The notes under the pieces are model-generated. The model saw only the letters and a program-made list of their open reading frames with translations, made no database searches and had not been told where the DNA came from. A stretch of DNA of 64,000 nt from Leptonemataceae bacterium. Lineage in GTDB: Bacteria; Spirochaetota; Leptospiria; Leptospirales; Leptonemataceae. Position numbers and translations under genes: made by a program. Shown piece after piece: positions 1 through 8,983 of this stretch (position 1 is its first letter; each line of letters opens with the position of its first letter). The stretch is taken from the NCBI GenBank assembly GCA_965227295.1, contig OZ245742.1:5536001-5600000 (forward strand). The letters are read 5' to 3'.

Positions 1-138
1 GGTCTTCGTACGAATGCGGGCGATGTGGGTCTTTACGGTGCTGGGGGCGATGCCCAGCTCTTGCGCGATTTCCGGCTGGCGGAGACCGGCGACGAGCATA
101 CGGGCTACGCGCATTTCCTGTTTGGCGAGAGGCGGCAT
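1..138 (-). CDS. LuxR-type HTH regulator, N-terminal part; runs off the window edge
   Basis: Manual translation (not in ORF track): MPPLAKQEMRVARMLVAGLRQPEIAQELGIAPSTVKTHIARIRTKT, the LuxR/GerE HTH pattern EIA..LGI...TVKTH. Confidence 0.8.
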   Translation of the reverse strand, partial: MPPLAKQEMRVARMLVAGLRQPEIAQELGIAPSTVKTHIARIRTKT

Positions 139-397
139 ACGAAAAGCATCTCATTTCACACGCGGATGAGATACAATCATATCCATCAAAAAATATTAAA
201 TTACCCCTGGGCAGAAATGCGTATGCATTCTTAAGATTACATTGTCCTGAGTTAACGCAAATTTCGGCAATCCTGGTGAACCCTTCGCCGGATAAAAGAG
301 GGGTCGCAAATGAAAATGTCCCCTTTTACGGCGAATTACTACTGCGGACCACCGGAAAGTAGGTGTCGTCCGGCGTGCGAATCCGTATTGAGTCTCT

Positions 398-1291
398 ATG
401 AGTGATGCGATTGCCATGCTGATCGAAGCCCGCTCCCGGGACCTGGGCGAGGGCTTCCAGGTCCGCCGGGTCCTGCCCTACGCGAAGCGACGGATGGTGG
501 GACCGTTCATATTTCTGGACCACATGGGGCCGGTCGCATTTCCGCCCGGCGACGGAGCCATGGACGTACGACCGCACCCGCACACCTGCCTGGCGACGGT
601 GACATACCTCTTCGACGGAGTCATCACCCATCGCGACAGCCTGGGCGTGGAGCAGAACATCCGGCCGGGCGACGTAAACTGGATGACCGCCGGGCGCGGC
701 ATCGTGCACAGCGAACGTACCCCGCCGGAACTCCGCCAGTCGGGACAGACGATCCACGGCATGCAGTCCTGGGTCGCCCTGCCCGTGGAGCACGAAGAGA
801 TGGAGCCGGAATTTCATCATCATCCCGGAGAGAGCCTGCCTCGATTCGAGCGCGGCGGTGCGCGGCTCACGCTGATTGCCGGGGAAGCCTTCGGCGAAAC
901 GTCACCGGCGAAAACCTACTCGCCCATGTTTTACTTAGAGGCCGTGCTGCCTCCGGGAGCGTCGTTCGAATTCGACGCCGGGGAGTCCGGCGAGGCCCAC
1001 GAGTGCGCCTGCTACGTTGCCGTCGGCAGCGCAAACATTGCCGGGCAATCCCTGGGAACGGGCGCACTGCCGGTAATGCAAGATGGGGCGAAGTTTACGA
1101 TCGCTCACGAGGGTGACGGGGAAGCCCGGGTGATGATCCTCGGCGGGAAGAACATCGGCGAACGTAAAATCTTCTGGAACTTCGTCGCATCCACTCCGGA
1201 ACGCATCGAAGCGGCGAAGCAGGCCTGGCAGGAACAATCCTTTCCGAAGATTCCCGGCGACGATCAGGAGTTCATTCCCCTGCCCGGGTGA
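398..1291 (+). CDS. Pirin family protein
   Basis: GPFIFLDH, HPH, G..HRDSLG, WMTAGRGIVHSE and Q.WVALP pirin motifs. Confidence 0.95.
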   Translation: MSDAIAMLIEARSRDLGEGFQVRRVLPYAKRRMVGPFIFLDHMGPVAFPPGDGAMDVRPHPHTCLATVTYLFDGVITHRDSLGVEQNIRPGDVNWMTAGRGIVHSERTPPELRQSGQTIHGMQSWVALPVEHEEMEPEFHHHPGESLPRFERGGARLTLIAGEAFGETSPAKTYSPMFYLEAVLPPGASFEFDAGESGEAHECACYVAVGSANIAGQSLGTGALPVMQDGAKFTIAHEGDGEARVMILGGKNIGERKIFWNFVASTPERIEAAKQAWQEQSFPKIPGDDQEFIPLPG

Positions 1292-1308
1292 ACCCCGGGA
1301 CGATCCGC

Positions 1309-1563
1309 TTACCGGTCGTCGTCTTCGGCGACGGCGGCCAGATAGACCAGGGACGCCAGACACGCCGCTTCGATACGCAGGGCAACTTCAGCCGTCTGCC
1401 CGCTGAGACCCACGCGGGAACAGTACACGGCCGCGCCGACCCACGCCACGTATTCCTCGGTATCTCCCCAGGGTTCGAACTCGACGCGACACGACGCGGA
1501 GGACAGCATGGTGATCAGCACCAGGGCCGATGTCATTTTCAGTAAGATCTTTCGCACGTTCAT
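1309..1563 (-). CDS. Small putative lipoprotein
   Basis: Basic N-terminus, hydrophobic stretch, SSAS-C lipobox-like site. Confidence 0.55.
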   Translation of the reverse strand: MNVRKILLKMTSALVLITMLSSASCRVEFEPWGDTEEYVAWVGAAVYCSRVGLSGQTAEVALRIEAACLASLVYLAAVAEDDDR

Positions 1564-1636
1564 GGTCGTCTATTATGCCGGAGTTCCTACCGGAAGTCGA
1601 CCCGGATTATAACACGGGAAGCGGGTCGTCGCCGCC

Positions 1637-2638
1637 ATGAGTTCGATCTACACTGCATTCTTCGTGTTGCTGGCGGTGATGTTGCTCGTGAACGCCGTGC
1701 TCTCCGTGCGTCTGCGTTCGTCGCTGCCGTTGTTCTACGGTGCCGCGCTCCTGTCCTTCGGTCTCGGCCAGTGGTTCGAAGCCGCGGGCGAGACCGCGCC
1801 CTGGATCTCATCTCCGGCAGCGATCTTCGCGGCGATCTTCATCGACCGACTGCTGCTCCTGCGAAAACACGCATCGTTCCTGCGGCCCGCACTCTACGCT
1901 ACCGCCGGGGCCGTACTGCTCACCGGCATTCTGACCTGGCTCTCCGCCGATGCGATCCTCCTGCGCCTGCTCTATGCGGCCAGTGCCGGTTTCATTGCGA
2001 GCCTGGCCGCCGCCTTATATTTTACGGTGCGGCACGGTTTTCGACCGGCCCTCTATTCGGCCATCGGCCTGTCACTGTTTCTTCTGGGCGCGGCCGTCTA
2101 CGTCATCGGCCGCCTGGGCGGCCTGCCGGATGCGGACTGGATGCGCTTCGCCCTGCTCTCCGGCTTCTTCGCCGAGTTCGCGTTTTTTCTCGTTTCGATT
2201 ACCTCGGTGGCGTCCCTCGCCGAACGTAATGCGCCGGCTCCGGCCAACCTGGAACACGGCAAACGCTATGAACGCCGGCGGCTGAACAAAGATCGCGCGA
2301 CGGAGCTGGGCCGCACCATCACACGGTTCATGGAAGACGAACGTTTGTACTGCGATGAGGACTTGAGCCTGGATCGTCTGGCCGATCTCTGCGGCGTTTC
2401 CCGGCACGAACTTTCCGAGTATTTGAACTATCACCTGGGCATCAGTTTCAGTCGCTACATTAACGAGTTCCGCGTGCGCGAGGTGGAACGTTTGCTCCGG
2501 GAAAGTCCGGAACGCAGCGTTCTCGATGCGGCGTTTTCGGCGGGCTTTAATTCGAAGTCGCGCTTTAACAGTGAGTTCCGTCGCATCACCGGACGCAATC
2601 CCCGGGACTTTCGCCGCCACATCATTCAGTCGAAGTGA
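1637..2638 (+). CDS. Membrane-bound AraC family regulator
   Basis: Multiple TM helices, then LSLDRLA...LSEYLN...FSRYINEFRV...AFSAGFNSKSRFNSEFRRITG AraC HTH. Confidence 0.9.
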   Translation: MSSIYTAFFVLLAVMLLVNAVLSVRLRSSLPLFYGAALLSFGLGQWFEAAGETAPWISSPAAIFAAIFIDRLLLLRKHASFLRPALYATAGAVLLTGILTWLSADAILLRLLYAASAGFIASLAAALYFTVRHGFRPALYSAIGLSLFLLGAAVYVIGRLGGLPDADWMRFALLSGFFAEFAFFLVSITSVASLAERNAPAPANLEHGKRYERRRLNKDRATELGRTITRFMEDERLYCDEDLSLDRLADLCGVSRHELSEYLNYHLGISFSRYINEFRVREVERLLRESPERSVLDAAFSAGFNSKSRFNSEFRRITGRNPRDFRRHIIQSK

Positions 2639-2676
2639 AGTGATTGACTTTGCATCACGGCAAACGATCTTCACGA

Positions 2677-3927
2677 ATGCGTGCAATCGTTCGTAGTTTG
2701 ATCTTAACCGCGAGTTTGGCCTGGCTTGCGCTGCCCGCGCCGCGGCTGCATTCCGCCCCGGACAACCTGGCGGCCTGCGATCTGATCCTCGACGCCGGCA
2801 GTTCGAATCTGCGGGCCCACGCCTTTACGGTGAGCGCCGACGGACTCCCCGTCGCGATCTTCGCCGAACCGCCGAAGATGAAAGGTTTCCAACTGGCCGA
2901 CATGCTGCTCGCCGATCATGACGAAAGCCTCGCATCCTTTGAGGCGCTGCGTACGTTTCTCGAATCTGAAGTTATGCCGGAGTTCCGCAAAAAGTGCGCT
3001 CCGCATCCGCGCTCCGCGCGCGTTTACGCCACCGCCGGCATGCGCCTGGCCGAACGTAAACTCATGCATGCGGCAAAGACCGACGATGCAGTTGCCGTGC
3101 GAAACAAGATCGCACTCTTTCGCACGGGTCTGGACGTCAAACTCACGGAAGTACTCGGGACCGACGTGGACACGCGCACGCTCACCGGTTTCGAGGAAGG
3201 GCTCTTCAGTTATTTATCCGTTCTGCAACGACGGCGGCAGAGTGGTTATCCCCGCGAGGCCGCCGTGCGCTTCGGTATCGTCGAACTCGGCGGAGCGTCC
3301 GCGCAAATCGCTTATGGTTGCCTGACGCGGCAGTGCCGTCGCAAGGGTCGTCCGGTTCCGGAATACGCAAAGACCATTCGCCTGAATGCGGAAAATGCTA
3401 CGGACACGATCTACGTCTACGCACGTTCGTTTCTGGGTCTCGGTATCAACGAGGCCTGGGAGAGTTATGCCGCTGCCTGCGAACTCAAGGCCGAAGATCC
3501 GCAGTCGGAACAGCGCTACGAACTCTGCGCCCAGGCCGTAGCGGAAAAACTGCCGGCTCCCATGCGATTCCCGGCGGAACTGAATCCGGAGTACACCCCC
3601 TTTTACGGTATTTCCACGATCAACTACTACACGAAAGAGGCCCCCGGACCGGAGCACCTGCAAAGCGCGGCCGCTAACATTTGTTCGCTAAAATATACCG
3701 CGAAAGACTTTGAGAAGAACCCGTTTCTACCGCGGGTCTGCATGTTGCACCTGTACTTTGCGCGTTTTCTGGAAGAGGGCGGCATTCGCGCGGTGTCCGC
3801 CGCGGACGCAAGTGCCTGGGCGAACGGGGCGGCCTGGTGCGGTCGTAGCGATTGTCTGCGAGACGTTCGGGACCTGGCGAAACTGTGCGAGTGGATGCCG
3901 GAAGGCGCGTGCGCGCAGCCGGAGTAA
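2677..3927 (+). CDS. Secreted GDA1/CD39 family nucleoside triphosphate diphosphohydrolase (apyrase-like)
   Basis: Signal peptide; ACR1 DAGSS, ACR2 YATAGMRL, ACR3 GFEEG, ACR4 ELGGASAQ, ACR5-like W.NG; start chosen at ATG 2677. Confidence 0.85.
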   Translation: MRAIVRSLILTASLAWLALPAPRLHSAPDNLAACDLILDAGSSNLRAHAFTVSADGLPVAIFAEPPKMKGFQLADMLLADHDESLASFEALRTFLESEVMPEFRKKCAPHPRSARVYATAGMRLAERKLMHAAKTDDAVAVRNKIALFRTGLDVKLTEVLGTDVDTRTLTGFEEGLFSYLSVLQRRRQSGYPREAAVRFGIVELGGASAQIAYGCLTRQCRRKGRPVPEYAKTIRLNAENATDTIYVYARSFLGLGINEAWESYAAACELKAEDPQSEQRYELCAQAVAEKLPAPMRFPAELNPEYTPFYGISTINYYTKEAPGPEHLQSAAANICSLKYTAKDFEKNPFLPRVCMLHLYFARFLEEGGIRAVSAADASAWANGAAWCGRSDCLRDVRDLAKLCEWMPEGACAQPE

Positions 3928-3954
3928 ACGGCTGCGCGCCAATATTGGAAACGC

Positions 3955-4224
3955 TTACATGTCGTCGGCAGCGCCACCGCCGCCGCCGCTCTCGAAGTAA
4001 CCTTTGAGACCGGAAGCGCGGACACTGGCTTCGCCCAGGGCCTTCGCCAGGGCGGCCGCCGTGTTCGGGCCCACGATGCCGTCTACGGACACCCCGGCAC
4101 CTTTCTGGAACGACTTAATGGCGGCCTCGGTTTTCGGGCCCATCTTGCCGTCCGCGGCACCGGGAGAGTGGCCGCAGATCGTAAGTCCTTCTTGAATGCT
4201 CTTAACGTCGTAAGAATTGCTCAT
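3955..4224 (-). CDS. Small peptidoglycan-binding domain protein
   Basis: DGKMGPKTEAAIKSFQ...VDGIVGPNT, PG_binding_1 pattern. Confidence 0.9.
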   Translation of the reverse strand: MSNSYDVKSIQEGLTICGHSPGAADGKMGPKTEAAIKSFQKGAGVSVDGIVGPNTAAALAKALGEASVRASGLKGYFESGGGGGAADDM

Positions 4225-4251
4225 GTGATATTAGCCTCCAATCGGCGTTTT

Positions 4252-4701
4252 TTAGTTGATACCCCAGGCCTTCGACCACTCGGAATGAGCGCCGTTGAAC
4301 GCGGCCGGATCGGCACCGCCGACTTCCGCGGCGAGTTTCTTGTACTGGTCCTGAGCGGCCTTAAACGCGGCCTTCTCGGCGTCGCTGGCTCCCTGACCGG
4401 CTTCTTTTGCGGTACGGGCGGCCGCGCGCAGATCGGCAATGTTGTAAGCGCTCATGATGGAGTTGAGTTCCGCCGCGGCCCCGGCCGGATTGCCGGCGTT
4501 GTTTTGCAGAGCCGTTACACCCATCTGCATGACGGTCACCATGTTCTGCGCCGGCGTGCCCGTGAGTTCCTGGGCCGGGGCCGGCGTGCTGCCGCCGTTG
4601 GACTGATCGCCGCCTTTGTCCCCACCGCAGGCGACGCCGCTGAGGGCGAAGACGCTGAGGGTGATCAGTACGGCAACGTTTCGAAAATTCAGTTGTTGCA
4701 T
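4252..4701 (-). CDS. Ala-rich helical lipoprotein, unknown function
   Basis: Signal with GVA-C lipobox; GGAGG RBS upstream; GC-rich codon usage. Confidence 0.75.
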   Translation of the reverse strand: MQQLNFRNVAVLITLSVFALSGVACGGDKGGDQSNGGSTPAPAQELTGTPAQNMVTVMQMGVTALQNNAGNPAGAAAELNSIMSAYNIADLRAAARTAKEAGQGASDAEKAAFKAAQDQYKKLAAEVGGADPAAFNGAHSEWSKAWGIN

Positions 4702-4824
4702 TGAGATTCCTCCGGCGCGCAGTGGAGTTTAGCATGTTAATTTCGGCAACGCGTTTTCGTAAAACTCGTGCGTGGTGAAGCCTAACATTCGGTTAAGATT
4801 TGGTTAGGCCGCGGGAGACCTGGT

Positions 4825-6066
4825 TTATTCCGAAGTGCTCCGCCGATCCATGAGTTCGTACAACCGCCGATCGACGATGAGAATTTCAATGCGCCGGTTG
4901 CGCGCCCGGTTTTCCGGCGAGGTGTTCGGCACCACCGGCCGGTATTCACCCGGCGAAGTTACGACAATGCGAGTCGGGTCCACGTGACCGGCCTCTTCCA
5001 GATACGCGGCCACGCTGATCGCCCGGGCGGCACCCAGAGAACGGTTGTTCCGGTACCTCGATCGCAGCGCCGGCCCGATGGGCACGTCGTCCGTATGTCC
5101 TTCGATCTGCACGACCGGAAGACTCTTCACCACGCCGGCAATGCTGCGCAGGATGGGAAAAGCCCCGGGCTTAACATCTGCCTGCCCGCTGTTAAAGAAG
5201 ATTCCGTCCTTGATGCTCACCGTCAGCGCGCCCCGATACAGCGTAACCTCCGCCTGGGCCGCGTCCACCTCCGAACGCAACGCCGTGATCAAATCTTCGT
5301 AGGCCTGCTTGAGACGCTCCCGTTCCCGTTCCTCCGCCGCACGGCGCAGATCAAGTTCCCGGCGCGCGTCGGCAAGCCGGGAGTCCAGGGCCGTTTTTTG
5401 CGTACTCAACTCCGCCAGGCGCCGACGTAAACCCGCGTCTTCCTGCGACTGAGCCGCCACGTACTCCTTGTGACGCTGTTCGGCCTCCTCGGCTCGTTTG
5501 CGAAGATTTACCAGGCTCACCTCTTTCGAATCGATTTCGTTTTGTAGCCGGGCGATGCGCTCTTCCAGCTTCGCGAGCCGCCCCCGGCTGTCCGCGAGCT
5601 CCGCCCTGGTTTGCTTCAGGAGAGCGGCCTCCTCGGATTTCTTACGATGGTCCTCGCTTAGTTTACGAAGATCTTCTTCTAAGCGTCGCCTGTCTTCTGC
5701 GGCCGTATTCAGGCGCTGATTCAGTTCGTCGTTGCGGGCGGATAGCGCCGATTCGAGTTCATCCCGGCGGCGATTCACCTCGGCCAGTTCTTCCGTCAAC
5801 CGGCGCAGGCCGTCCTCGCGAGCGGCAAGCGTGTCCTCCAGTTGGGTGATGCGATATTCCAGAACGAACTTCTCTTCGGCGAGCCCGGTACTTTCCCGGC
5901 TCAACTCCTGAATCCTGTTGCTCAAAGTGAAGTTCTCCTTACGCAGGTGGTCGGCCTCTCGCATTTTGTCGAGGGCGTGGCAGGAAACGAAGATCGTCAA
6001 TGCGGCGACCAGGACAACGATGCCCCGAAACCGCGGGTTAAATTTAGAAATCATTTTAAATATCAA
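4825..6066 (-). CDS. Coiled-coil protein with C-terminal OmpA/MotB peptidoglycan-binding domain (probable lipoprotein)
   Basis: IFFNSGQA, IEGHTD, N..L...RA..V, RARNRRIEI motifs; long heptad region; FVS-C. Confidence 0.9.
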   Translation of the reverse strand: MIFKMISKFNPRFRGIVVLVAALTIFVSCHALDKMREADHLRKENFTLSNRIQELSRESTGLAEEKFVLEYRITQLEDTLAAREDGLRRLTEELAEVNRRRDELESALSARNDELNQRLNTAAEDRRRLEEDLRKLSEDHRKKSEEAALLKQTRAELADSRGRLAKLEERIARLQNEIDSKEVSLVNLRKRAEEAEQRHKEYVAAQSQEDAGLRRRLAELSTQKTALDSRLADARRELDLRRAAEERERERLKQAYEDLITALRSEVDAAQAEVTLYRGALTVSIKDGIFFNSGQADVKPGAFPILRSIAGVVKSLPVVQIEGHTDDVPIGPALRSRYRNNRSLGAARAISVAAYLEEAGHVDPTRIVVTSPGEYRPVVPNTSPENRARNRRIEILIVDRRLYELMDRRSTSE

Positions 6067-6260
6067 AAACCGGCGACCCGAGACGCGGGCCGCCGGAAAC
6101 TCCTTAACTTTATGGGATGGGATGCTTGCTTACTTGCAGGTTTTGGTTGCAGCGGCCTTTTCGGTTCCGCTGATTCGATAACGCCGCCGGCAGTCTGGAG
6201 CGGACAAAAAAATATTCGACGGCCGAAAATCCGTACGTCCCCCTGGCCCTGCTCCCGGCC

Positions 6261-6797
6261 ATGCCAGACTCGAATACCGTCCAGAAGCTCTTCGGGGAAC
6301 ACCAACAACGCCTGAAGCGCTTTGCTCGCCGCTTTGTCGATGAAAGCGACGCCGAGGACATTCTGCAGGAAGCGTTCGCGCGCCTCCTCGATGAAGGCAA
6401 ACGCGGGCGCCGTCCGCAACTGGACGCGTACGCAGTTCCCTGGTTGTATCGCGTCGTTCGAAACCTGTGCCTGGATCGCCTGCGCCTGGAACGCCGCAAC
6501 GCCTTCCAGGATCCGGCGGAACTCGAAGCCGCCGGACGGCCCGAAAACACCCTGCGTAATCTCTTAAACGATGACCTTCAGGCCTTGCTGCGGAGGACGG
6601 CGAGTAACCTGGCAGAAAACGGGCAATACTTGCGCCTCCTGGAATTGCTGCTCACCGACACCGCGACCCAGGCGGAGATTGCGATGGAACTGGACTGCTC
6701 CGAACGCACGGTGCGGCGCATGACGGCAGCGCTCTTCGAACAACTGGCGCAAGCCCTGGGAAAAGCCGGCATCGACGCAAATTTTTTGGCCGATTGA
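6261..6797 (+). CDS. ECF-type RNA polymerase sigma factor
   Basis: DAEDILQEAF, WLYRVVRNLCLDRLR (region 2), EIAMELDCSERTVRR (region 4). Confidence 0.9.
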   Translation: MPDSNTVQKLFGEHQQRLKRFARRFVDESDAEDILQEAFARLLDEGKRGRRPQLDAYAVPWLYRVVRNLCLDRLRLERRNAFQDPAELEAAGRPENTLRNLLNDDLQALLRRTASNLAENGQYLRLLELLLTDTATQAEIAMELDCSERTVRRMTAALFEQLAQALGKAGIDANFLAD

Positions 6798-6821
6798 GCC
6801 GCTTCCCCGCGTTACACGTGT

Positions 6822-7676
6822 ATGCAATCATCCTCCGAACACATCACCGTGCTTGAGGCCATGTACCTGCGCACGGGCATTCTCGACGCGCGTGCCGCGC
6901 CGACTATCGAGCGCGGCAACCTCGCGGAAGAGACAGTTTCCGCACGCTTGCGTGCACACCTGGGTTACGCGGGAGGGCCGGCCTGCCTGCCCTGTCGCGA
7001 TCTGGCCCGTCGGCTGACGGCGGCGCGCGAAGAATCCCGCGGAAAATCACTAACATTATATCAATCAAAGTCTACCGGCTCTTTCCCCTGGCGATCGCTC
7101 GCGGCCGCACTGGTATTCCTGCCGTTTGCGTATTTTTATTCCGGGCATATTTTCGCCCAGGGCGGCGTCCATGCCTGGAGCGGCCTGGCTCCGATTCCCG
7201 AAGGCGGCATCGTTACCGCCGGCGATTCCGGTCGAAAGATCGTGCTCATATCCGGCTTCATTTATCGCACCGGCGAACTCGAACTCGCCCCGGGCAGCAC
7301 GGTCCAATGGAACGAGGCCGGCGAGACTCCGGAGTGGGAGTTGCTCGAAGGCGGCATGGAAGTTCGCCTCGAAACCGGAGACGCTGAGCCGGAAACGGTG
7401 ATCGTTCGCGCGGGAGAACTCACGGCCGAGCCGTCGGCGGAGAACGACGGCGAGTTCGTATTGCAGATCAGCATCGAACCGGTTAACATCCTGGAAACAG
7501 AAGTTACCGAAGGCGACACGGAAAGCGATCGAGAAGGTGAAACGATTCCGGCCGTGGTCAGCATGACGGTGATCGAAGGCGAAGCCGTGTACAGCGAACC
7601 CGGCGATGCGACGATCCTCCTCGATTCCGGAGAGTCGGCCCGGGTCGAAACGGAAACCGGGGCCGGGTCACCGTAG
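6822..7676 (+). CDS. Putative anti-sigma factor (Zn-finger-like N-terminus, one TM, FecR-like domain)
   Basis: Directly after ECF sigma; HL...CxxC; TM; ELAPGS...ELLEG and V.VIEG.A FecR-like strands. Confidence 0.6.
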   Translation: MQSSSEHITVLEAMYLRTGILDARAAPTIERGNLAEETVSARLRAHLGYAGGPACLPCRDLARRLTAAREESRGKSLTLYQSKSTGSFPWRSLAAALVFLPFAYFYSGHIFAQGGVHAWSGLAPIPEGGIVTAGDSGRKIVLISGFIYRTGELELAPGSTVQWNEAGETPEWELLEGGMEVRLETGDAEPETVIVRAGELTAEPSAENDGEFVLQISIEPVNILETEVTEGDTESDREGETIPAVVSMTVIEGEAVYSEPGDATILLDSGESARVETETGAGSP

Positions 7677-7714
7677 CGGCGGCGAGACGCCCAAAGCAAT
7701 GCTTCATAATGACT

Positions 7715-8983
7715 CTAATCTTCCGGACCGACCACCGGTAACGTCACCTCGGCGACAACTACGTCGGTAACACGATCACCGGTATGATCCTGGGCGTCGA
7801 GGATCTGAAACCGTCCGCCGTGAGCGCTGACCACGTACTGGACGGCGGGCAACCCCATGCCCGCTCCGAAGAGTTCGTAACGCCCGGCTTCGGGAACCGG
7901 GGCGTTGCGTCGAAAGAACGGTTCCAGGACCAGGCTGTGATATTCCTCAGGGACACCGTTAAATCCGTCGCCGACACGATTGCGCACACTGAGGCGGCAA
8001 TGTTTACTGCCGGCTCCGACAAAGACGTCGACGCTACCCCGGGACGGCGAGTACTTGCAGGCGTTGATCATGAGTTCTTCGACGGCGGAGTAGAGCTGTT
8101 TCGCATCCACGCTCAGCGAGCAACGATCCGCCTGGACGCCCAGTGCCGAAGTATCCGGAAAGTTCAATTGAATATGCTGATGCTGCGCGAAGTCCGCCGC
8201 ACGTTTGCAGTGTTCCCCAAGATGCCCGACGAAATCCCGCACGGAGACACGGGCGAACTGCAACGGCCGGGCCGTCATCTGTTCAATGTAACCCAGGCCC
8301 TGGAGCAAACGACGCGTATATTCATTGTTTCGCTTGAGCGATTCCACCAGATGCCGCGGCACCTCGCAGCGATTTTCGGGAAAGCGCGCCTCGTCTCGAA
8401 GCTTTCGAATCAAATCAATCGCCGCCGCCACGCCGCCGCTTTCTCCCAGGGCCGAACGCAAACTGTGCAGCGCGTTGCGTTTCACGGATTCCGCTCCGCC
8501 CTGCATGCGCGACTCTTTGTAACTCAACCATTCCAGTTGACCGCGAAGAACTTCCTCGGAACGATCCCGACCGCGTGCCTGCTTGCGCAAGTAAGCGAAC
8601 TCCAGGGCACGCATGAGAACGTCGCGAAAACGTTCCCGGTCAAAGGGTTTCACAAGATAATCAAAGGCGCCGGCCTTCATGATGCGTACGATGGCCGCGC
8701 GTTCATCCAGGGCCGTCTGTACCAGTACCACGGCCTCCGGTTGCAGGAGGCGCAGTTCGCGAATGAAACTCTCGCCGTCCATACCGGGCATCATCAAATC
8801 CACGACGTATACCGGATAACGCCGTCCCTGCTGGATCAACGCCAGGGCCTCGCTGCCGTCCGCGGCCGCATCGACGCGCAGTCCGATCGTTTCGCACAGG
8901 CGCTGCAAGAGCCGGCGATTCTCGAAGGCGTCTTCGACGATGAGAACCGAACTTGCATCCGCCGGCAGCACGGGAACGTTCAT
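7715..8983 (-). CDS. Receiver domain fused to HATPase_c-like domain
   Basis: IVED..., VDLMMPGMDG, AFDYLVKP; ELMINACKYS, EPFFR, GAGMGL. Confidence 0.85.
   Translation of the reverse strand: MNVPVLPADASSVLIVEDAFENRRLLQRLCETIGLRVDAAADGSEALALIQQGRRYPVYVVDLMMPGMDGESFIRELRLLQPEAVVLVQTALDERAAIVRIMKAGAFDYLVKPFDRERFRDVLMRALEFAYLRKQARGRDRSEEVLRGQLEWLSYKESRMQGGAESVKRNALHSLRSALGESGGVAAAIDLIRKLRDEARFPENRCEVPRHLVESLKRNNEYTRRLLQGLGYIEQMTARPLQFARVSVRDFVGHLGEHCKRAADFAQHQHIQLNFPDTSALGVQADRCSLSVDAKQLYSAVEELMINACKYSPSRGSVDVFVGAGSKHCRLSVRNRVGDGFNGVPEEYHSLVLEPFFRRNAPVPEAGRYELFGAGMGLPAVQYVVSAHGGRFQILDAQDHTGDRVTDVVVAEVTLPVVGPED

Noticed and set aside
255..340. c-di-GMP-I riboswitch-like GGGGTCGCAAA upstream of pirin
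   Set aside because: No GCAAA/GNRA-capped P2 or P3 receptor; only an ordinary hairpin (ttcgccg...cggcgaa).
4780..4809. GCCTAAC...GTTAGGC attC-like core pair
   Set aside because: Only 30 nt, too short for an attC; probably a simple hairpin.
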